From Schmidtea nova (lineage: Eukaryota), in NCBI GenBank assembly GCA_044892505.1, contig CM097882.1:250480001-250544000 (forward strand): 64,000 bases of DNA. Direction: 5' to 3'. A model generated the notes under the pieces. The model saw only the letters and a program-made list of their open reading frames with translations. It searched no databases and had not been told where the DNA came from. Positions within the stretch are counted from its first letter, which is position 1. Each line of letters opens with the position of its first letter. The position numbers and the translations under genes are program-made. This document shows, in pieces, positions 40,223 to 48,630 of the stretch.

Positions 40223-40350
40223 CTCGCTTTTACATTCTTGATTGTGTCACTTGATTCAACTTCCAGGGTAATAGTTTTAACTGATAAAGTTCTCACAAAC
40301 ATCTGTATACCACCTCTACATCGTAAACCCAATTGCAAAGTTGATTCCGT
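40223..40350 (-). pseudogene. Polyubiquitin junction fragment
   Basis: [41 protein letters not shown] versus [41 protein letters not shown]. Confidence 0.88.
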
Positions 40351-40399
40351 TTTATTTTCTTTCATTCGCGGACTATGCTCTTTTAAACCTGTACTTGCA

Positions 40400-40830
40400 T
40401 CACCACTTGGCATTGAAGAAAAACACAAACATTCCGCTACTTTAGCTTCATTTACACTGTCTTCATGAATACCCACTTTAATATTTTTAGTAACTTGCTC
40501 ATAAAACTTTTTATAATTAGCTTCGTATTCTATTACTCGTTCAAAAAGTTCTAAACCTTTTCTCCCTAATTCTTTTCTGATTACTTTCAAATTCATATTT
40601 TGTTGCAACATTTCCCGGCGGATATTCAATAGAAAATCTCCACTGACATAACCGGTCCACCTACTAACCTCTACACCTTTAAATATCAACTTATCTTTTT
40701 CAATACAAATTGCTTCGTAAGCAGGTGACACAATTTCATCTCTTTGTCCACTCGACACATCAAATGAACCCTGTCTACTATCAGCATTATCAAAATCTTT
40801 AGGAAAAGCCTGCTTCTCATCGCTCTCGTA
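40400..40830 (-). pseudogene. ORF-U (post-PBS ORF), 5'-deleted copy
   Basis: Near-identical to 43313-43690. Joined to the PBS remnant through a short tandem duplication and deletion. Confidence 0.7.
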
Positions 40831-40869
40831 ACTAATGGTTCGTAACCAATGGTTCGGCGCATCCAGCTC

Positions 40870-41345
40870 CTATTGCTTTCTTTATTTTCAGCTTGTTGTA
40901 CCATCGTTACCATCTTTACGAGAATAATAATATTTGATGTTTCAGGTGGATAATGGATTTCATTCCACATCGTTTCAAACGTATCTAGAAACTCCTTAGA
41001 AACACTTCCGTTTGATGAACATAAAAATTTATGATGTATTGAAAAGGCTTTTTCAAGGCAATATTTACTGCAATATTTGGCACCAGACTTTTCACAATTA
41101 CAAAACGGTGATTTCAATGAGGAAATTACACAAAATTGTTTGTTAGGAACAACTAACGAACTATCTTCCGTTAACCGTTTTAAATTCTCATCAACACCCT
41201 CAAGAGGTTTCATACATTTTCGCATGCGCCGGTGCTATACCTTTTGTTCCAGATATACTGAATCTGAACAAATAAAACTGAATCCTTTTGAATATCAGTT
41301 TCAGCTAAAAGCCCTCGTACGATTAACGGTCCAAAGAATTGTTGA
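40870..41345 (-). pseudogene. SMYD5: SMYD5 fragment (copy 2)
   Basis: Part of the ~885-bp block 41733-40850, which differs from 36533-35644 at about 7 positions by eye. Confidence 0.88.
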
Positions 41346-42089
41346 GATATCATTTTCCTTGATTTTATGATTTCAATGCGATAGAACGATGCAAAATTTA
41401 AATCAACCACTCGAAAAGAATAATTTATTTCAAAATCGAAACTCCAAAATTCAATCATAAATTAAACAAATTAAATTCCAAATCGCATTAATTAATTCCA
41501 ATAGTTCGAAAAACATATATTCATCCAAAAATCCGAAATTGAAATAGCAACAAATCCATAAATGCAAAGTACAAATCAGAACTAATTCCAAGTTAAATTC
41601 CCCAAATAAAATTACAATGAATCCCAACAAACGAATCGATTAATCCAAAAGTTAATTTCAAATCCTCTTTTACACAAAGCAATTCATACAATTCATTAAT
41701 CTAACATATTAAATTCAAAGTTAATTCCGCCAAGATAATTAAATTAATACGAATAAACAAATCAAAAATTTTAATGTTTTTAAATTCTAAAAATTCCCCA
41801 ATAAAATCCGTTAACTCAGAAAACCAAAATCAAATCTAAAAATCTTTTCAAATTCACCAAAATCAAGTCCCAGTTTCTTTTTTAAATTCCAAAATCCCAA
41901 ATTACATTCACTGATTCATATAAACCAAATCAAAATCAATTTCTAAAAAACAAACATCAAATTAAAGTTTTACTAATCAATTCGAATAATTGATTTATTT
42001 CCATCAGCGAAATTCCCCTCTCGCGTCTGTGTGCGCACCCAAAGCCAAATAGGTATCACACAACCACCGCGCACACAGACGTTGTTGCC

Positions 42090-42264
42090 TTCTAGGAATA
42101 ATGTTTCTGTTGGAGACATTTTATGAAACTACTTTTTGTATTGATGATTTTTCACTCCTTCTTAGACCCATTAAAAGTATTCGTGGATATTCATCATTGA
42201 TAGATTGATTTTCCAAAGTATTGCTGTCGCATTGATAGTGGAAATTATCAGAACTATCCATTGT
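42090..42264 (-). pseudogene. RRAGC/D: RagC/RagD (Gtr2-type) GTPase 5' fragment, in frame with the SL-terminal ATG
   Basis: MTMDSSDNF...[21 protein letters not shown](2-bp deletion)FHKMSPTETLFLE versus [33 protein letters not shown]. Confidence 0.92.
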
Positions 42265-42307
42265 CATATAAGATTTATATAGATTTCGATAAATCCGTCT
42301 TTACGGC
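42265..42307 (-). other. Spliced-leader exon copy B
   Basis: GCCGTAAAGACGGATTTATCGAAATCTATATAAATCTTATATG. The last 28 nt are identical to the recalled planarian SL. Confidence 0.9.
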
Positions 42308-42342
42308 TTCCAGGCTTACTCGACAATCTCTCACAGCAGTCA

Positions 42343-42564
42343 AAGCTCTAGAAATGGTGAGAGAAATTCCAGCGGTTTTAGTTCTGATAGATCATTTATC
42401 TGAGATAATGTAGATTTAAGGCTCGATAAATTACTGTACCACGGATCTGACATTTCTTCTTGATAAGAACAAATTGCGTTGCCTTTCATTCTTCTTTTCA
42501 TGGCCGCCAACAATAGTGTTACTTCTAATTGAACGACATATTTAGCATCTTTCTTGCTGGTCAT
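42343..42564 (-). pseudogene. GBF1: GBF1 (Arf-GEF) N-terminal fragment
   Basis: KYVVQLEVTLLLAAMKR...QEEMSDPWYSNLSSLKSTLSQINDLSELKPLEFLSPFLE versus IYIIQGEINIVVGAIKR...DEERDPLLHSFSHLKEVLNNITELSEIEPNVFLRPFLE. Confidence 0.85.
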
Positions 42565-42579
42565 TTAGAATAGATATCG

Positions 42580-42621
42580 CATGAAAGATTTATATAGCTT
42601 TTCATAAGTCCGTTTAACGGC
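42580..42621 (-). other. Spliced-leader exon copy C (diverged)
   Basis: GCCGTTAAACGGACTTATGAAAAGCTATATAAATCTTTCATG, 35 of 42 identical to the recalled SL. Lies 15 nt before the GBF1 ATG. Confidence 0.82.
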
Positions 42622-42726
42622 TTCCAGGCTCGCCCTACAATCTCTCATAGCGATCAAGCATCCAATTAATTCTTTTAATTATTATTTAATTAATTCTAAA
42701 AATATTTTAAGAGCGGGCGCGATCAT

Positions 42727-42977
42727 CGCTCTGTAATTATGAAAAGTTTGGTGCCAAATATTGCAGTAAATAAAAAAAGCCTTTTCAATACATCATAAAT
42801 GTGTATGTTCATCAAACGTAAGTGTTTCTAAGGAGTTTCTAGATACGTTTGAAACGATGTGGAATGAAATCCATTATCCACTTGAAACATCAAATATTAT
42901 GATTCTCGTAAAGATGGTAACGATGGTACAACAAGCTGAAAATAAAGAAAGCAATAGGAGCTGGATGCGCCGATCCA
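42727..42977 (+). pseudogene. SMYD5: Truncated LTR-like 3' end with a degenerate SMYD5 fragment (copy 3, opposite orientation)
   Basis: MWNEIHYPLETSNIMILVKMVTMVQQAENKES, ending GGAGCTGGATGCGCCGATCCA. Confidence 0.8.
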
Positions 42978-42978
42978 T

Positions 42979-42996
42979 TGGTAGCAGAGCGTGGTT
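42979..42996 (+). promoter_or_regulatory. Primer-binding site, initiator-Met tRNA type
   Basis: TGGTAGCAGAGCGTGGTT, 18 nt, 1 nt after ...CCA. Same pattern as animal iMet PBS (TGGTAGCAGAG...GGTT). Confidence 0.8.
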
Positions 42997-43096
42997 CCCT
43001 TCGGGGGGCCACGCACGGCGGGTAAGCTTTTTGATTGCTTATAGCGGTCACAGCGCCGCATTATATTCTAAAATGTTTAAAATTTGAAAATTAATA

Positions 43097-43790
43097 ATGA
43101 ATTTAATGGGGGGATTTAGTGCTGTAATGGGCCCCAGCGACCATCCCCTTCCCTTAAGCTCAGTTGGGTCTGAGAATGAAAATGGTTGGTATACTGAAAA
43201 TACTTATTTGAAAAAGGTTATTAAGCTTGATGGTAGCCGTAGTAATAAATCAAGCATGCTCTTTAGTGAGAAACTTAGGGATACGTATGATAATCCCACA
43301 AAGCTTGCATGGGGTTACGAGAGCTATAAGAGGCAGGCTTTTCCTAAAGATTTTGATAAAGATGATAGTAGACAGGGTTCATTTGATGTGTCGAGTGGAC
43401 AAAGAGATGAAATTGTGTCACCTGCTTACGAAGCAATTTGTATTGAAAAAGATAAGATGAGATTTAAAGTTGTAGAGGTTAGTAGGTGGACCGGTTATGT
43501 CAGTGAAGATTTTCTATTGAATATCATCCGGGAAATGTTGCAACAAAATATGAATTTGAAAGTAATCAGAAAAGAATTAGGGGGAAAAGGTTTAGAACTT
43601 TTTGAACGAGTAATAGAATACGAAGCTAATTATAAAAAGTTTTATGAGCAAGTTACTAAAAATATTAGTGGGTATTCATTGAAGAGCGAAATGAACATTT
43701 AGGGAGATTAGAGATAGACAAAAGCATTGAAAGCCAAGAGAGAGAAGTACAGCCAGAAAGAACAATTTAACTTTGGGATGTTGTTTATCT
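43097..43790 (+). CDS. ORF-U, uncharacterised ORF in the gag position after the PBS
   Basis: 201-aa ORF 43097-43702. Comparison with the 40400 copy suggests small indels near 43670 and a native end ...[35 protein letters not shown]. No Gag motifs recognised. Confidence 0.55.
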
Positions 43791-44149
43791 GGATTAATTT
43801 TGTATATTGGGCGGAATTTTAACTTTGAATTAAATTGCTGAGTAATTTGGTTTTTTCAGATTTATTTAATTGAATAGGGTGGTGAACCTTTGAATTACCT
43901 TTGATTTTTCAAATATAAAGATGAATTAATTATGTTGAATTATTAATACTACAGTTTTAAAATAAATAAATATTCTCAACATTAAATTGCAAATCACAAT
44001 GGAGATATTTATCTAAGGGAACACGCGTTCAAAAATTATGTTCAATTAACAATCGACTACCAGAAATCTAAAGAGATAGCAAGTAAAAATTTTCTTTTTG
44101 TCGACCTAAATTACGTAGGAATTATAAAGTGAAATCTATGCAGATGATC

Positions 44150-44680
44150 AACCGAGACCCAATGAAGTATTAAGGAGACCTAAGATATATTTCCGCAACG
44201 GGATTGTGAATAAACCAGGGCTATGGCTCCTCAAGAAGGCCCCGCCTGCCGTCCATAATAATCTGTTCAAGCAATTGCGAAGATGGAGGTGTGTTTTTAA
44301 GTCCGGAGCTCCCTTAAGTCTATGGGAAAAACACAATGAAGTTCTATGGTATGAAGGAGATCCTTTATAGCCGGCTACTAATCGCGGTATCAGCGCAAGG
44401 AAATGGTTTGTCATCCTACACGACGCCGAACAAATCCCAAGATGGACGATAAACAAACTCGGGTATGTGTTACATGATCACCCTCGACATCTAGGTACCG
44501 ACGTGTACCGTGAGTTTTCGAACCTACCCTTTAAGTTTCTCGGGGAATGGCGAACAATTTCAGCTTGAACTCAAGAGATCAACATCAAAGAAATATTTCT
44601 CTACAATTCCCGATTATGCTGGACCCCAAATCCAGATATTTACCACACCAATGGAATCGCTAAGGAGGAGACCTAGCAGG
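44150..44680 (+). pseudogene. ORF-A family, copy 4
   Basis: VLRRPKIYF...KQLRRW...WYEGDPL*...RKWFVILHDAEQIPRW...KLGYVLHDHPR...KEIFLYNSRLCWTPNPDIYHTNGI, with in-frame stops. Confidence 0.75.
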
Positions 44681-45129
44681 TCCAAGATTCGACTTGCGGC
44701 GAGGCTTGCGACGATTGGATATTGGAAGAAGCGGACGTGATACGAAATCCCCGAACTGAACAACATTTAATTGTAGTATCGTGGGAAAATGCATTAATAA
44801 AATTTACTTGTGTCAGTTAAATTTTTGTTTATGTTTGTAGTATGCTGGATTGTTCGTAGGATGGGTGAAAGATAAATGAGTTTGGAAACCGAAGTGGTGC
44901 GAGAATGACGAAAAGAAGGATAACGACGGACATGAAGTGATTGATGCTAATTGATAGTATGAGTATGATTGTATGGAAATAGAATAAGGAAATATAAAAC
45001 TGACAATAGGCATGGATATAGAATCGTCGGAGGATTATTAAGTTTTATACAGGGACAATCGTCACGCTAATGAAAATAAATAAATCGAAAATTTTCCATT
45101 GATCGGTCTTTTTCATAACTTTTAGACGG

Positions 45130-46370
45130 ACAAACTTAAATTAAAAAGCGATAAGAGCGCCGAACACCAGCTACAGCGACGTATTAGGCTGCTCGAAGGA
45201 AGGATCAATCGGCAAGCATTAGAAATGGATAACTTGAGGCAAACATGGTTTAGTTCCGCCTCAATAAACGAAGTATTGCAAAGAAATGATCGTATAAAAC
45301 AAGCATTAGGAGAACAGACCGCGGAACTGTGCTACTAGATTAGAATTGAATAGATGTCTGAGAACCGTCTCAGGTGACTTCGTGGAGAAGTATTTAAAAG
45401 AGCAAATCCGCTCCAGTACCTTTGATCGATGGTGGCCAGGCAAAATGTCCGCGGACAAAATGTCACGGACAAAATGTCATGAGGACAAAATGGCACGGGA
45501 CAAAATGGCACGGGACAAAATGTCACGGACAAAATGTCATGAGGACAATCAAACTTCTTCTCCGTCAATTGGAACTGGGAACAACGGCTGGGAGGAAAAA
45601 GAAAACATACATCCGCGTCAACGAGGCATTGCATGTCATGGTGACCGACTACAACAACCGAGATCCAATCACATATTTAGGAGACATTGCACGTGTTTTA
45701 AACATTAATGTTGTTTGACTTCATTAGTTATTTTCATTGATAAAAGACTCGATTATTTATTTTTAAAAGCGTTTTTAAAATAACCTAATAATGTTATAAG
45801 ACTAAGCTATTTTATTAACTGAATATCTAACACTAAATTAATATAGGCTAGATATAATTATTATAATAAAGTTAGACTAAATTTGATAAATGCATTATTG
45901 AAATATTTTCATTGTTTTTCTGTCTTATATTTTTTTTCCGAAATTTTTTGTCTGTGAGTCCGTGACATTTTGTCCTCATGACATTTTGTCCGTGACATTT
46001 TGTCCGCGGACATTTTGTCCCGTGCCATTTTGTCCTCATGACATTTTGTCCGTGACATTTTGTCCGCGGACATTTTGTCCCGTGCCATTTTGTCCTCATG
46101 ACATTTTGTCCGTGACATTTTGTCCGCGGACATTTTGTCCTAGCACCTTGATCGATAGGTGCTGAAGAGGGCGACCACAGTTGAAACCCAAACGAATTGT
46201 TCAATAGCATCTCAACCGGTGCAGGTAGTTGAAAAGACATCATCTACTAATTCGACGAAAAGAAAGCCATAGAAACGAAATCGGCTTGGTGCCAAAAAAC
46301 GAGGGAGCGAAGTGCGTTTGCTGAAAGATTGCATATTTAAGTAGATTTACTAAGTGGGCTATCTGAGTGC
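45130..46370 (+). pseudogene. ORF-B family, copy 4, split by a MITE (tail duplicated at 49548-49780)
   Basis: QLQRRIRLLEGR...QTWFSS...LELNRCLR...QIRSSTFDR | VLKRATTVETQT...KRNRLGAKKR..RERSAFAERLHI*VDLLSGLSE. Confidence 0.82.
45431..46147 (+). mobile_element. MULE-type MITE (717 bp) with tandem-repeat TIRs
   Basis: Ends GGTGGCCAGGCAAAATGTCCGCGG / CCGCGGACATTTTGTCCTAGCACC. 9-bp TSD TTGATCGAT at 45422-45430 and 46148-46156. Arrays of GGACAAAATG units. Internal MULE C-terminal relic YIRVNEALHVMVTDYNNRDPITYLGDIARVL. Confidence 0.92.
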
Positions 46371-46734
46371 TAATGTTCTGTGGTCACACCAATCCATCAA
46401 ATAGTGTTTTGGAGTCTTTATTATTATGTCGATGTATCTCTTGTTTCATTGTATATTTTATGCACCATAATAGCTCTCGTTAGTAATGTTTGGATATATT
46501 TTTCACTGTATGTGTTTATTTGTGTCTGTTTGAATTAATAATTACTAATTTTGATTAAATAAACTAATCTGTTTGTTGATGATAATATTACATACTTTGA
46601 TTAGAGATGTGATTATCATTTAATGCCTTGTCTTATTTATATTTAATGTTGTGTAATTATATATGTAAAAATTTTGTAATACTGAATATTTTGTTATTTT
46701 TATAAATTAAAAGTTGTTTAAAATATGATGTTAA

Positions 46735-46816
46735 CCCTTTCGCGGACAATGACGTGTATACACGTCATACTACTGCGTCATACTACATCAACTAAAAAAG
46801 TGCGTCCGCGAAAGGG
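46735..46816. mobile_element. piggyBac-type mini-MITE (82 bp)
   Basis: TTAA-CCCTTTCGCGGAC...GTCCGCGAAAGGG-TTAA. The opposite foldback arm has the empty single TTAA site near 49190. Confidence 0.93.
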
Positions 46817-46994
46817 TTAAGCGGATACCACTCACGATAAATTGTAAAAAAATATATATTAGTTACTTGAAATAAAATTTAAAAGATATCTGAATTATTG
46901 AATTTTTTAATAACTAAATAAAGAGATATATTTATTCCATTCAAAAGTACCTTTGACACTTTAATTCAAAACTATAGTTACTAAATTATAAATT

Positions 46995-48095
46995 ATGGAT
47001 TCTATGATGTGTGCTTATGATAGATACTATGAATGCTTCCTAAAAACAGCTGATTATAAACTATTGAGGATATGCTTCAAATGTTTATCGACTATTGCGG
47101 AAAACAATCAACAATTCCGTAGATTGACTAGAACGAAATATCTACAAGAATCATTTGATTCGATATCCAACAGTTTTGATATAATCTCTTCAATCGAATG
47201 TGAACCATTACGTGAGGTTATGTCTGATTTGTCAGATGACATGACAATGGAAATTGTTGTCAATTACAATGAATTATGCTGTAAATTAATAGTACTGATG
47301 TTAGAGCGGGTTGATGAGAAATTGACAATGAATTGTTTGTGCAAATATGACAGCAAATGCTTAATGACTATCAAATTACTTTGCATTCATCCACATTCGC
47401 TTTTGATGGCATTTGCACACGACAATAAAGGCAAATTTTTTCAAGACCTCGCAATGATGCTGGGTATGAGTAATGATTATATAAAATGCGTTGTTTGCTA
47501 CATCTTGAATGTGCCAATTGACAAAGACCCGGGACTGGTCTCCTGCCTGAGGATGGAAGACCCATCCAGTCTACTGGTTGATATCATTATCAACCGTGAT
47601 ATCATTGCCAATCACCACCTGTGCACCAATGCGACAATTTTAATGATAATTTTTCTACGAAGCAGTGCTTCATTCCATGGATGTTTAATGGACATCGTGC
47701 AAACTTCCTTCGTAATACAAAAATTGGTTCTGACATATGATAAAGAAATTGTTTACGCGAAATACGGAATAAAAATTCCGGACTTATTACTGTCTGAAGA
47801 ATCCAATGGTGATATTGTTGCTCATTATTTCACACAGTCATCAAACGTTACAGATTACTTATTCGACCTCCTCATTACTGGTAAAAGTTTAATACCGCGC
47901 GTTATTAAATGGCTGAAGACATTTGTCAATTGTAAAATATTCTGTCAAACAAGTATTTGCGCATATGGTTTGACAAATGTCCTTCGGTGTTGCCCGAACT
48001 ATCTAGACGTACAACATGTAAAAACACAAGAATTAAAAATCGCCGTTACTAATATAAAAAATTACATTAAATATATGTTTTTATTCAAATTATAG
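46995..48095 (+). CDS. Intronless 366-aa predicted helical-repeat (ARM/HEAT-like) protein, unknown
   Basis: Long open ORF rich in Leu/Ile/Cys. No family recognised. The 5' half is duplicated inverted at 48512-49011. Confidence 0.6.
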   Translation: MDSMMCAYDRYYECFLKTADYKLLRICFKCLSTIAENNQQFRRLTRTKYLQESFDSISNSFDIISSIECEPLREVMSDLSDDMTMEIVVNYNELCCKLIVLMLERVDEKLTMNCLCKYDSKCLMTIKLLCIHPHSLLMAFAHDNKGKFFQDLAMMLGMSNDYIKCVVCYILNVPIDKDPGLVSCLRMEDPSSLLVDIIINRDIIANHHLCTNATILMIIFLRSSASFHGCLMDIVQTSFVIQKLVLTYDKEIVYAKYGIKIPDLLLSEESNGDIVAHYFTQSSNVTDYLFDLLITGKSLIPRVIKWLKTFVNCKIFCQTSICAYGLTNVLRCCPNYLDVQHVKTQELKIAVTNIKNYIKYMFLFKL

Positions 48096-48099
48096 AATT

Positions 48100-48630
48100 A
48101 TGAATGGACTAGAATCAGACAATTATATCAGCGCAATCCGATTTATTGGACAAGCATTTTCTAATAAGAAAGCCTTCAGTGGAACACTCCCTTATGAGAT
48201 CCTTCTTGGGGGATTACCCGATGATTTCGATCGACCTTTGGTTTGGCCTGGAATTCATCTTACGTTTCTATTTGGCATAACTGAGTGTATGGTAACAAAT
48301 TTCCGTAAATTGAATACAACCTATAAATATTCCAAAACAAAAGTATTATTAAATTTATTTGTAAGATTACATAAAATTAAAAGCGAGGAAACAAAAATAA
48401 AATTGATGAATCGGCAACCACACCAAAAATCAGAATACCTTGGTGTGATTTCCGGTTCATCAAAATGGTGTGGTTGCCGATTCATCAATTTTATTTTTGT
48501 TTCCTCGCATTACAACGCATTTTATATAATCATTACTCATACCCAGCACCATTGCGAGGTCTTGAAAAAATTTGCCTTTATTGTCGTGTGCAAATGTCAT
48601 CAAAAGCGAATGTGGATGAATGCAAAGTGA
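48100..48630 (+). CDS. Unknown ORF starting 4 nt after the previous stop; C-terminal part reads into the inverted arm
   Basis: ORF track. Native sequence only up to 48511. Confidence 0.4.
   Translation: MNGLESDNYISAIRFIGQAFSNKKAFSGTLPYEILLGGLPDDFDRPLVWPGIHLTFLFGITECMVTNFRKLNTTYKYSKTKVLLNLFVRLHKIKSEETKIKLMNRQPHQKSEYLGVISGSSKWCGCRFINFIFVSSHYNAFYIIITHTQHHCEVLKKFAFIVVCKCHQKRMWMNAK

Larger units (their letters stand above)
35644..42725 (-). mobile_element. Non-autonomous LTR-like retroelement with SL-containing, cargo-bearing LTRs (42725-40850 and 40221-35644) and a 628-bp internal region
   Basis: Both LTR-like units begin TGATCGCGCCCGCTCTT and end GCGCCGAACCA. They are 1876 bp and about 1824 bp (after removing the nested hAT). 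The first is followed by T plus TGGT (PBS remnant). No matching TSD found. Confidence 0.7.

Noticed and set aside
35644-42725. Calling the SL cassettes a CRISPR array or SL RNA genes
   Set aside because: Eukaryotic context, long irregular cargo and no cas genes rule out CRISPR. SL RNA genes need a GT donor and Sm site after the exon, which are absent.
35636-42735. TSD around the minus-strand LTR-like element
   Set aside because: The flanks (GAGCGA before TG, GTCAC after CA) do not match, so this copy is not shown to be a clean integrase product.
42980-43200. RNA-virus RdRp or Helitron 3' end reading of the hairpin and ORF-U
   Set aside because: No GDD motif and no CTRR terminus. The PBS directly after CCA explains the region better.
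45335-46243. ORFs with DKMSRTKCHE / TFCP repeats
   Set aside because: Translations of the MITE's tandem TIR units.
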